A stretch of 64,000 nucleotides of DNA, taken from positions 270,882-334,881 of the forward strand of contig NW_026515638.1 in the NCBI RefSeq assembly GCF_000738915.1, given 5' to 3'. Numbering within the stretch: position 1 is the stretch's first letter; each line of letters begins with the position of its first letter. Both the position numbers and the translations under genes were made by a program. Source of the DNA: Nematocida ausubeli. Its lineage: Eukaryota. Under the pieces are notes generated by a model, which saw only the letters and a list, made by a program, of their open reading frames with translations, ran no database searches and was not told the DNA's origin. Positions 42,312 through 51,994 of this stretch are shown here, piece by piece.

Positions 42312-44975
42312 ATGAATGACTATTGTTATGAGTGGAAGGTAAAGCATCAATGGGGAGACAAGAATATCTTCAGTGAGTACTTTACCTCATATAATTATAC
42401 TTGGAGGCTATGCCTTATTTCAGTGGAAAGGCCATATTTGTACTTGGAATACTTTGGATATTTGACATTTGAAGTGTTTACAGATTACATTCTGTATATA
42501 GAATATGCGGATGGAGAAATAGAAGAGAGAAAAGTGACATTTGGATTTGGGTCACAGCTGGATTTCGGGATAGAGGTACAGCCTAAGGAAAAGAAAAGGG
42601 TTATGGTCAAGATAGTATCAGCTGTCCGGTGCTATGAAGCCAAGAAGGACACTCCGTACACAGGATTGATAAACTTAGGGGCAACCTGCTACCTAAACTC
42701 TATAATACAGACACTCTTTCACATAAAGGGGTTTGTTAAGGAGCTGTTTCAGCAGCCACCTGGTGAAAAGACTGTACAGATGCAAAGACTATTCTATCAG
42801 CTGTGCAAGGACACAACATACGTGGACACAAAGGAATTCACAAATGCGTTTAAGCTGAAGAATGAAGACATTGATGAGCAGCAGGATGTCCAGGAGTTCT
42901 TTAAGTTTCTGCTTGATGAACTGGAAAAAGAGGCAAAGGGAACTCCTTTCTTCAAGTACATTGAAGACACCTTCTATGGAGAACTTGGAACAACCATCCG
43001 GTGTGACAAAGGGTGTGTTCGGGAAATAACAGAAAAGTATAATGACCTGCAGTTGGTCATGGACCTTCCATATATGGAGAACTCAAGGACATCACTTGAA
43101 GACTCTCTTCATAACTATATTAGCACAATGCATCTGAAGGCACCAAATTTGTACCACTGCGAGAACCACGGGTACATTGAGGCAACAAAGTCAGATTATT
43201 GCAAGACATTCCCGCCTGTTCTGTTCCTGCAGATAAAGAGGTTTAACATGGACTATGACACAGGAGACGTATACAAGGTGAACAATTACTACTCTTTCCC
43301 AAAGGAACTGGACCTGTCGTTGTACACACCTGACAAAACAGTCGACAATAGGTACAGTTTGTACACAGTGAATGTTCACATGGGAAGTGGAATGTCAGAG
43401 GGACACTACTATGCGTATATAAGAAAGAAAGACGGGTGGTACAAGTTCAATGACACGTATGTCACAAAGTGCATGGAGGAAGAGGCAATACAGGAGACAT
43501 TTGGGGGAAGGCACAGATACAAGAATAAGGTGAGATCTGCAAATGCGTATTACCTGGTCTATGTACGGACATCCCAGATGGACGAGTTCTTGAATTCTTC
43601 AATAGAAAAAGTTCCTGAGGAGATAAAAGACTCAATTGAAAAGGAAAGATTTCTGTCAATTAAGGTAAAACTGGAAGTGTATGTGCCCAGTGTAATGAAA
43701 GGATATTGGGGACTGGGGTATTTTACAGCAGGCAGACAGTACTTGAAGGCAGCCCCGGGTGTGATTGAGTTGGAAAACTCACAGTCTTACAACCAGGTGA
43801 TAGCCCAAGCAAAAAAGCTCCTGTCAAAGCCAAATGCATCAATTGACTCTGTCCTTCTATACTCATTCCAGAGCATAAATGGAATGTTCTCTCTCCAGAA
43901 AATTAAGCAGGTGGAAATAGTGGCAGATCTAGCAAGCCACTCCTTATTCGCAATAGAGGCAGATAATAACATAACAAGAGAAGACTCCTTTATTCTCTTC
44001 ATCAAGCAGGCAAAAGTCAAAGAACAGCCGTACAATCTTAAGGTGCTTGTGGAAATAAAGTCTGCGCTTGTGGTGAACAAAAATGCCTGTGTCAAAGAAT
44101 GGATAAAGGCAGGATATAACCTGGCAGTGCCTCCATTGGCAGAGATAAACGGAAAACCAAGAGAAATAGAGGACAATATGACCTTTCAACAGCTCTTTAA
44201 GGCCGACTCAGGGGTTATTATTATGGACGCAGGCATGCAGGCTGTGACAGAGTACTTTAAGCAGATATCCTGCCACAAAATACTTACCCTCATGCACAAG
44301 CAGGAGCGAGTCAGCAACCACTGGATGCCCCTTGATACAACGCAGGATGAAATAGAGAAAATGCTTCAGAAAAGCCTGTGCTCAGACAAATTCAAACTGT
44401 CAGAAGTAAAAGACAACAAAGTCCAGATAGAGCTAGACGAGAATATGGTTCTTGTGTACATGCAGGCACTTGGGGATAAAACACAGAACATTAATCTTGT
44501 TGAGAAAAAGGCATACATCCTTCCAGATATGGTCAAAGGAGAGGAGGTGCTTGCAATGCTTGGTGTGAAGCCAGAAGAAACCACAAGTAATACGCGCATC
44601 CTGAAAGCCTATGCAAAAGTTGAGCAAATTACTACTTACAAGCCTAGCAGCAGCAGAATTAGCCTAAATAACATGGCATTCTTAACTGTCCAGGAGATAG
44701 ATAGAAAGACAAAGATCGAGGCAGTCATGAAGTACAGCAGCGAAACCATTGGGTACCCATTTATAATTGACTTGGAGGAAAAGAAAACTGCAATGGAGAT
44801 AAAGAGAATCTATGGTCTTGAAGAAAGTGTGCTTATTAAAGTGTCTTCAGTCAAGCAGGCCCATCTGGAGGAAATGTCACCAGTAAAAAAACTGTCAAAG
44901 AGTGAAAAACTCATCTTTAAGATAACTTATCATCAGAAATACCAACTGAAGTTTACTCGTCTATATTTTAGCTAA
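42312..44975 (+). CDS. UBP15: Ubiquitin carboxyl-terminal hydrolase USP7/UBP15-like
   Basis: N-terminal MATH-like region, YTGLINLGATCYLNS, QQDVQEF, LQIKRFNMD, HMG...GHYYAYI, WYKFND, NAYYLVY. Confidence 0.88.
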   Translation: MNDYCYEWKVKHQWGDKNIFSEYFTSYNYTWRLCLISVERPYLYLEYFGYLTFEVFTDYILYIEYADGEIEERKVTFGFGSQLDFGIEVQPKEKKRVMVKIVSAVRCYEAKKDTPYTGLINLGATCYLNSIIQTLFHIKGFVKELFQQPPGEKTVQMQRLFYQLCKDTTYVDTKEFTNAFKLKNEDIDEQQDVQEFFKFLLDELEKEAKGTPFFKYIEDTFYGELGTTIRCDKGCVREITEKYNDLQLVMDLPYMENSRTSLEDSLHNYISTMHLKAPNLYHCENHGYIEATKSDYCKTFPPVLFLQIKRFNMDYDTGDVYKVNNYYSFPKELDLSLYTPDKTVDNRYSLYTVNVHMGSGMSEGHYYAYIRKKDGWYKFNDTYVTKCMEEEAIQETFGGRHRYKNKVRSANAYYLVYVRTSQMDEFLNSSIEKVPEEIKDSIEKERFLSIKVKLEVYVPSVMKGYWGLGYFTAGRQYLKAAPGVIELENSQSYNQVIAQAKKLLSKPNASIDSVLLYSFQSINGMFSLQKIKQVEIVADLASHSLFAIEADNNITREDSFILFIKQAKVKEQPYNLKVLVEIKSALVVNKNACVKEWIKAGYNLAVPPLAEINGKPREIEDNMTFQQLFKADSGVIIMDAGMQAVTEYFKQISCHKILTLMHKQERVSNHWMPLDTTQDEIEKMLQKSLCSDKFKLSEVKDNKVQIELDENMVLVYMQALGDKTQNINLVEKKAYILPDMVKGEEVLAMLGVKPEETTSNTRILKAYAKVEQITTYKPSSSRISLNNMAFLTVQEIDRKTKIEAVMKYSSETIGYPFIIDLEEKKTAMEIKRIYGLEESVLIKVSSVKQAHLEEMSPVKKLSKSEKLIFKITYHQKYQLKFTRLYFS

Positions 44976-45712
44976 ATAAGGAATAAAGATAGATCATATT
45001 TACATAAAATGCTCCATAATTATATACACTTATATTTCTGGCTATTAAAGAACTTCTATGTGCCTTACTTCATATGCACATTCTATGATAACTGCAGGTA
45101 AGGTTTTAGTCTTGTTTATGCCTATATTTACATGCTGATTTTTTGTACTTTAAGAATTATGTGACTACTTCAATTATAACAGGAATAGAAACTCAAGGTA
45201 GTTCTGTAAGGAAGAAGTGCTGTCTCCTGGATTTACTAAGGATTAGTGGCTAAAATATGCCTTGCTTTAATTTTAAAACAAAGATGCACACAAGACCTAT
45301 AAGTGCCCCTTAAAGGAAGAGGCAAAAAATAGAAAGAATAAATACTCATACTTGCTATGAAGAATGAACTAACTTCTATGCTAGTTGGAATCTGAAAATT
45401 AGGATACTTTCAGATCAGAGGAAAATAGCACTAAAATATGCACTAAACAGGGAATGCTAAATAATAGAATGGTGCAATTATCTAGAACCGTTTAGTATAC
45501 TACTATTCTCTTACTTTACTGCTTGTTTTTGATTTATATCTGATAATTGCACTATTCCCTGTATATATCTTGTTAAAAGAGAACTTTTCGCCTGTAGAAG
45601 ATACATATTAAATTTCACTCCAAAAGCTCTGGACATATGCATTAATGGCGCCTTTATGTACAGCAGAACAAATAAAAAGAGCCATAAATGAAAATATTTG
45701 TATTTCTGCAGA

Positions 45713-46429
45713 ATGCGATTCAAAATAATAGATGATACCAGGTCTTTTATATACGAGATAGAAGGAACAAAAACAATATCTGATCTGTACGAAGGAATAG
45801 AGAGTAAAGTAGGAAGTAAAAGATTCCTTTTCAAGGGAGTTCCAAAGTGCTTGGTTGAGAGGGCAGACTGTCCTATCATGGAGACATTCACTGACCTTGA
45901 ATGCATCTATGCAGAGGCCTCAAAGGAAGTGAAGGGGCCGGTAGAAACAACTGTAAATACCCTGACAGATGAAAATATGGTGTTCTCTATCTTTGAGGTA
46001 CCAAGTGATAATTCATGCCTTTTTCACTCACTCAGTGAGCTTTTGAATGCAAAGAGCAGCAGTGAGCTGCGGAAAATGGTTGCTAATGAAATTCTGCAGC
46101 ACCCAAAGAAGTTCATGTCCTACATTGAAAAAACACCTTTTGAGTATTCCACATGGATAGTGCAGCCAGACATCTGGGGAGGTGCAACTGAAATAACCAT
46201 TATATCAAAGATATACAGAACTAAGGTCACTGTCATTGATAATGCCCAAAGGCTCTATGAATTCGGAGACGAGTTCAGGTCAGTTGTGTATCTCTCGTAC
46301 TCAGGGTCGCACTATAATGCCGTGGTTGCAAAGGACCGGAATGGAAACGTAGTGAGAAAGTTCCCATGTGGTGACAAATCGGCAGAAGAAAAGGCAAAAA
46401 AGGTAGTGCAGGAATTCTTTAGGTCATAG
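45713..46429 (+). CDS. OTU1: OTU-family deubiquitinase OTU1/YOD1-like
   Basis: UBX-like N-terminus MRFKI, VPSDNSCLF (catalytic Cys), WGGATEI, YSGSHYNA. Confidence 0.85.
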   Translation: MRFKIIDDTRSFIYEIEGTKTISDLYEGIESKVGSKRFLFKGVPKCLVERADCPIMETFTDLECIYAEASKEVKGPVETTVNTLTDENMVFSIFEVPSDNSCLFHSLSELLNAKSSSELRKMVANEILQHPKKFMSYIEKTPFEYSTWIVQPDIWGGATEITIISKIYRTKVTVIDNAQRLYEFGDEFRSVVYLSYSGSHYNAVVAKDRNGNVVRKFPCGDKSAEEKAKKVVQEFFRS

Positions 46430-46617
46430 TATGCTTTGGTTCGCCAAATATTTTAGCGAAACGAACAAATCAGAAGGAAGATAAAAAGATAGGTTCTCTC
46501 TATAACAAGGTAACTGATCCTTTGAAAATAGATCAATAAAAACGAGAAAACCGTCATCAATCAGAATGTATTTTGAAAGACTGCATCTATATAACCTGGA
46601 TTGATTTAGAAAGTATA

Positions 46618-47085
46618 ATGAACAAAACATTAGCTTTAATATTTGGATTACTTATACTCTCATTCTTCACTTTCACAGTATCTGCCGGAGCAGAAGAATC
46701 TGCTAGCATGTCTTCTGAAAGTAGCTCTGAAGAATCTGCTGAGGTAACTGAGGAATCCTCTGAGGTAACTGAAGAATCTGCTGAGGTAAGTGGATCAGAA
46801 TCTTCAGAACAAGCAGCAAGCGCACAGCAGGAGAGTGCAAGTGCAGAGACAGCCAGTGCAAGCTCAGCAGAGGCAGCCAGTGCAGGCTCAGTGCAGGCTG
46901 CAAGTGCAGAAAAAGCCGATGCAAGCTCATCAGAGGCTGCAGGTGTAAGTGCAGGTGCACAGCAATCAGGAGCAGCAATTAATGCTAGTGAAGAAGGAGC
47001 AGGAGCTGGCTCAGGGGATGAGGCAACCTCAAATCCATCTAGGAGTGGCTCAAAAAAGAAATCAGGCAAAGGATCTAGGTCTTAA
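46618..47085 (+). CDS. Secreted Ser/Ala/Glu-rich low-complexity protein with a basic tail, 155 aa
   Basis: Signal peptide MNKTLALIFGLLILSFFTFTVSA, EESAEVT-type repeats, C-terminal SKKKSGKGSRS. Confidence 0.82.
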   Translation: MNKTLALIFGLLILSFFTFTVSAGAEESASMSSESSSEESAEVTEESSEVTEESAEVSGSESSEQAASAQQESASAETASASSAEAASAGSVQAASAEKADASSSEAAGVSAGAQQSGAAINASEEGAGAGSGDEATSNPSRSGSKKKSGKGSRS

Positions 47086-47217
47086 TTAGGTTACTGCATT
47101 TAATCGGGATGAAGTGGCTGCATAGCCCACCATCATAATAAACATTAATGTTTAAATCTTATATTCTTTCTTTCTATGCATCTTTGCACATGATGCCTCT
47201 CTTTCTAAAAGCAGTTG

Positions 47218-48414
47218 CTATTTCTGATCTTTTGCAGGAATCTGCAGATTATCATATTCTGTAGATACATGGCAGTTAGATGTAGTAAATATTGCTAGTC
47301 CGTCTGAAATGTCAGACTTATTTAGGTTCTGAACCTCCTTAAATAGATCATCTACTGTGAGAGTTCCCAAGCCTATTGAAAAAAGATAGCAAGGCACTTC
47401 TAGAAGAGGAAGAGAAAGTCCTTTCTCTTTCAATGGTGCAATCTTATATATGTCTTCTAGGACGCTTTTTGATGCTTGTTCTATTGTAGAAGTAAATTCT
47501 TCTTTGCTGGTATATTTCTCTCTGGGGAGTGAAAAATAGAGCAGTCCTCCCTCCTGTGTGTAGCTTAAGTGCGGCACTATTTTTAGTTCTGGATCAAGAT
47601 TCTTCTGAATAGAGTAGGATATGGCCAGATATGCAGCATATGCCTTTATATCTCTTTTCCATGGAATTTTATACCCAACTAGAATCTCTCCATGGCTACT
47701 TCTATTCTGCACTTTATTAATAGGTTCTTTTGTGCTTTCACCTGGAATTTGTGCATCTGATGCAGCAGAATCTTTGCACGGAACTAACTTTGGGATTTGG
47801 AATGAATTTGCTGTCTTCAGTATCTCCGGAATATCCAGATTCCCTATTCCCACAAGTAATACATTCCCTGGAATGAGTGTGCTATTAAGGAATTTCTGCA
47901 GATGGCCTTTTGTGACATGCTGCAGAGTCTTTTCAGTGCCAAGAATTGTAGAGTTATGAATTGCTGTGTCCTTTTGCACTGCTGAGATAAATTTCTCTTT
48001 ATGATCTGAAGATGTCTCTCTGACTTGTTCTATCTCTCTCAGAATTCTTGGCATCTCCTCTGTTATATTTTTCTCTGTAACTGGTTTATTTACAGTGGAA
48101 AGTAGCTCTTGTACAATCTCATTTGATTTGCTTTGCAGGCTGTATCCGTATATAGACACGTGCGTGTTTGATGTTTTCCCATTAATATGCAGTTCTTCTC
48201 TTATTCTTGGACTGATTTGATCGATTAGAGCATGCTCCAGAAGATGCGCTGTGCCATCCGGATATCCTTGTCTTCGATTTTCAATTGAACCTCCTTTTAT
48301 CACCAGCCCAACTAAAGATCCCTCCACTGCCATTGGCTTAAGCAAAATGGAAAGTCCATTTGGCAGAACTGTCTTTAGAATTGGATGAATAGACGAAGGT
48401 GCCTCTGAAAGCAT
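47218..48414 (-). CDS. M16 zinc metallopeptidase, MPP-beta-like
   Basis: LPNGL, VGLVIKGGS, inverted zinc motif GTAHLLEH, HINGKTS, ILREIE, TILGT. Confidence 0.8.
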   Translation of the reverse strand: MLSEAPSSIHPILKTVLPNGLSILLKPMAVEGSLVGLVIKGGSIENRRQGYPDGTAHLLEHALIDQISPRIREELHINGKTSNTHVSIYGYSLQSKSNEIVQELLSTVNKPVTEKNITEEMPRILREIEQVRETSSDHKEKFISAVQKDTAIHNSTILGTEKTLQHVTKGHLQKFLNSTLIPGNVLLVGIGNLDIPEILKTANSFQIPKLVPCKDSAASDAQIPGESTKEPINKVQNRSSHGEILVGYKIPWKRDIKAYAAYLAISYSIQKNLDPELKIVPHLSYTQEGGLLYFSLPREKYTSKEEFTSTIEQASKSVLEDIYKIAPLKEKGLSLPLLEVPCYLFSIGLGTLTVDDLFKEVQNLNKSDISDGLAIFTTSNCHVSTEYDNLQIPAKDQK

Positions 48415-48568
48415 GCAAATATAAAAATATTTTGTACTACTAGTATAAGCATAATTTATTGAGAATTACAAATAAGCTATACTTAAGCAAATTTCTTTAT
48501 TTAGCAGCCTGTAAATTATAGCTATCTCTATGCTGAAAACCCACTAGCCCTCTTTATGTTAGATTACA

Positions 48569-49840
48569 CTATCTATTCGCATAGTTTTCAAAATTCCTCA
48601 TAAATCGGTCCTTTATAACGTTAAACAGCTTTTTGTACTCTAGGCAGTCACCTCTTGTTCTCTGGAATATTATGAGTGTCTCTGCTCCACTTTTCCTGAG
48701 ATACACCTCTCCTGTGATAATATTCTTGGAGTTGTCGACTGTTGTGAATGAAATAATATTTCCTGTTGCCTTATATGGAATAAGAACATCAGAAAATGCA
48801 TTGCAGAGTATTTTCTGGCTTACACTTACTAAGGCACAGCTGTATATTCTTGTTGCCATTGGGAAAGTGTCGTAGCTTAAAAAGACGGGCTGCGAGGAGC
48901 ACTCTCTGCCAACAGGAGAGATGCACATGTCTGGCTGTGTGAAGGCTGCTGCCTCTGCAGGCACTAGTTTTGCTGCAACAATCTCTGGGGATCTTACTAG
49001 ACCATCTGGGCCCATATAGAGGTTTGGTGCTGCAAGCCATGCATTTTCACTCAGCTGGCTCAGGCGGATTCTTCTTTCTGGACTAACGGATATGCACTTT
49101 TCAATCATCTCTAGCTTATCTTTGCTGAGAAGGTTGAAGGGCGAGTAGTCTCGGAATGTGCTAATTCGAAATCTCTCAAACTCTTTGTCGTCTGTGGTTG
49201 GCTTCTCCCACGGGACTACTCCTGTGAGAAGCACAAGAGATACCATTCCAAATGACCAGACATCCACCAGCTCTCCGTCGTACTTTCCATAGTGAATATC
49301 TGGTGCCATGTAGTTTTGGCTTCCGCACTGCTTAGTAAGCGGTCTGCGCCCATTTACATCTCTGTAAATTGTTGAGCACCCAAAGTCTGTTAAGAGCAGG
49401 TTGTAGTTGCTGTCAAGTAAAATGTTTTCTGGCTTTATGTCTCGGTGGCATATTCCTCTGCTGTGTATGTATTTTATAACGGAAAATAACTGTTTGAGGT
49501 ACAGGTGGCATATGTCAGCAGGCAAACCTGCTCCTGGGTCTATATACATAAATAGCTCATTCCTTGCAGCATAGTCCATGATTAAGTACGCATGCGTCTT
49601 AGAAAGATAGAAGTTCTGCAGTTTCACAATGTGCTTATGGGCAAGTGCCCTGTGAATAGATGCTTCTTTTTTTGCCTCTTGCTTTCGTGTAAGACTATCT
49701 GCAAATATAATTTTTATGGCATATTCTGCCCCACTTGGGCTTTTTCCTTTTCTTACAGTTGAGGTCGCTCCGTGTGCTATGATGTCTCCCATCTGGATGT
49801 TTAGAATTTCATTCTTTTCCTCTATGCTACCCGCTGACAT
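48569..49840 (-). CDS. CHK1: Checkpoint kinase CHK1
   Basis: Kinase domain (ELFMYIDPGAGL, HRDIKPENILLD, PWEKP), TQP/SQP linker, and a KA1-like end FQRTRGDCLEYKKLF. Confidence 0.87.
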   Translation of the reverse strand: MSAGSIEEKNEILNIQMGDIIAHGATSTVRKGKSPSGAEYAIKIIFADSLTRKQEAKKEASIHRALAHKHIVKLQNFYLSKTHAYLIMDYAARNELFMYIDPGAGLPADICHLYLKQLFSVIKYIHSRGICHRDIKPENILLDSNYNLLLTDFGCSTIYRDVNGRRPLTKQCGSQNYMAPDIHYGKYDGELVDVWSFGMVSLVLLTGVVPWEKPTTDDKEFERFRISTFRDYSPFNLLSKDKLEMIEKCISVSPERRIRLSQLSENAWLAAPNLYMGPDGLVRSPEIVAAKLVPAEAAAFTQPDMCISPVGRECSSQPVFLSYDTFPMATRIYSCALVSVSQKILCNAFSDVLIPYKATGNIISFTTVDNSKNIITGEVYLRKSGAETLIIFQRTRGDCLEYKKLFNVIKDRFMRNFENYANR

Positions 49841-50622
49841 GAAAATATTTTTTTGTTTTTCAACTAATTTATATCTAGATATTTGCACACTTCAGACTGC
49901 TGATATTATATGCATTTCTTGCTCTGCGAATGTGGAGACTTCTGTTTTTATGGACTTCATAAAATTTTTGGCATATTATAGTCTGCATAAGGATTTTTCT
50001 ATACAGTAGAAATCCGTGCAGCACCAGGATATGAAAGAACTTCTCTCTATAGTAGATGCTTCTACTGTAGAATATAAAACACTATAGCCTTGTCTTTATT
50101 CTATAGCAGTTCTTTTTGTGATTATTTTACTACAACTGGTTCTGCAGCCAGGTCTATGAGAAGAAGCATGGGAATATATTCCTGTATAGACTATTTTCCT
50201 TCAGAGTATATTCGTATGGGTGCATGAGAAAATGAATTTCCAATGTGCAGACCTTCTGTGTATAAGTGCTTATAAAGTTGTTTTTGCTGTCTACATATTA
50301 CTTTTGTCTTATATCTTTGTACAGCAAATAATATTTATATCTGGAATAAACAAGAAAATAAACACTTCAATATATTTTTCTATTAAGATAATATAGAGAC
50401 TTTTAGAAAATACAGTCACTGAAAGAACTTATTTTGAGGCATCAGAATAGAATATGGCAATTAGTCTGCTTATTATATCTGGAGACACATAATTATATTT
50501 ATGTGCCTGCCACATTAAGCACATACAATGCATCAGCAGCCATATAACCCGATATTTTAGAGAAAGCATGGATGGAAAGAATAAACAACCTACTGTATTT
50601 GGCTAAGTAATATACTTTTTAT

Positions 50623-51807
50623 TTAAATATTATACCGGATACTCCTGGCTGCCTCTATAGAAAGAGATTTTCCCTGAATAAATTCGTGGTTTAGAAGCTG
50701 CTCTGCAGTGGGCCTTTCTTCTCTGTTTCGCCGCATGCACGTCTTTATAAAAGACACTAATTCTGGTGATGTATCTGTGTCTATCTTTATAAATAGCCTT
50801 CCATCTAAAAAGCTCCTGAACTCAGTATAATCCTTTGCATTACCTGTTGCATCACCTGATGTTTTCTTCTGGAAGTAGGAGGACTTTTTATTCGCTAAAA
50901 ATAAAGACATTGCACCAATGCACCAGATGTCAGAAGATAGCCCATGGATGCTTGACACCCACACCTCAGGCGGCTTGTATGGGAATGTTCCATAGCATCT
51001 TTTTGGATAGACTTGTTCAACCTTGTTCTTTGGAATTTCTCTTGAAAACCCGAAGTCTATAATTTTATAAATAATAGAATTGTCTTCGCGTCTTTCCCCC
51101 ATGACATTAGACAGTTTGAGGTCTAAGTGGGCTATGTTCTTGCTGTGCAGGTATGAAAGCCCTTTCAAAGTGTCCTTCATTATGTGCCTAATCTCATCTT
51201 CTTTCTTTCCGTTTTCCTTAATGGAGACCTTTACATTCAATGGTTCAATGAATAGCCAAAGCAGCTTCTGGTCTACGCCTTTGTGATTAATATAGTTACA
51301 CCTGTATGTAAAATGTGTTTTCATAATGTGCGGGTTGTCAACAATTAGGGATATTCGTTCCTCCTCTGGGGAGTTTTCTATCTTCAGAATCACTCGCTTT
51401 ACAATTATCTTCTCCATCTTGACACTTGGCGCGCTCTCATTCTCCCCCTTAATTAGTATGTAGTCACTTATGTTTCCTTTCAGCTCAAAAACAGCTGTCA
51501 TTTCAGAAAGTCTAATAGGGTCTAGATCCAATATCTCAATCTTTGAAAATTCCAGGTTCTGCTCCTTTCGTGTTGGCTTCTTCAAGCAGTCATCCACCTC
51601 ACTGTTGATTTGATCAAATAGATCATACATCTTGTCCAAAATGAGAGTATGCTGCAATGCCCCCATGAAATTATTTTTCCGTCTAAATAAAAAGAATATA
51701 AGCATAAAAAGAATAGAACATTGAGTCGCCACCAAAATTACAATCTTCTTTCTCTGTAGCTCTGTTTTTAATATTTTATCTACCGATAAAAATGCTCTCT
51801 TGCTCAT
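50623..51807 (-). CDS. Ser/Thr protein kinase with an N-terminal membrane anchor
   Basis: Hydrophobic IVILVATQCSILFMLIFFLF, HLDLKLSN, DFG, GTFPYKPPE, SDIWCIG, ERPTAEQLLNHEF. Confidence 0.85.
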   Translation of the reverse strand: MSKRAFLSVDKILKTELQRKKIVILVATQCSILFMLIFFLFRRKNNFMGALQHTLILDKMYDLFDQINSEVDDCLKKPTRKEQNLEFSKIEILDLDPIRLSEMTAVFELKGNISDYILIKGENESAPSVKMEKIIVKRVILKIENSPEEERISLIVDNPHIMKTHFTYRCNYINHKGVDQKLLWLFIEPLNVKVSIKENGKKEDEIRHIMKDTLKGLSYLHSKNIAHLDLKLSNVMGERREDNSIIYKIIDFGFSREIPKNKVEQVYPKRCYGTFPYKPPEVWVSSIHGLSSDIWCIGAMSLFLANKKSSYFQKKTSGDATGNAKDYTEFRSFLDGRLFIKIDTDTSPELVSFIKTCMRRNREERPTAEQLLNHEFIQGKSLSIEAARSIRYNI

Positions 51808-51994
51808 TCTGCGCGTTTGTTTTGTTTATTCTATAATTTTTTGGGATTTAAATAGATTTTCAGATATTAAATTAAGACACAGAGCAAGAGATAGAAAAAC
51901 ATGAATAACAACTAATGCACAGGAAAAATGCCTCGAAGAATGAAAAACATAGATTTAACCATAGAAAATAATACAGTTGGAGAAAAAAATTTTA

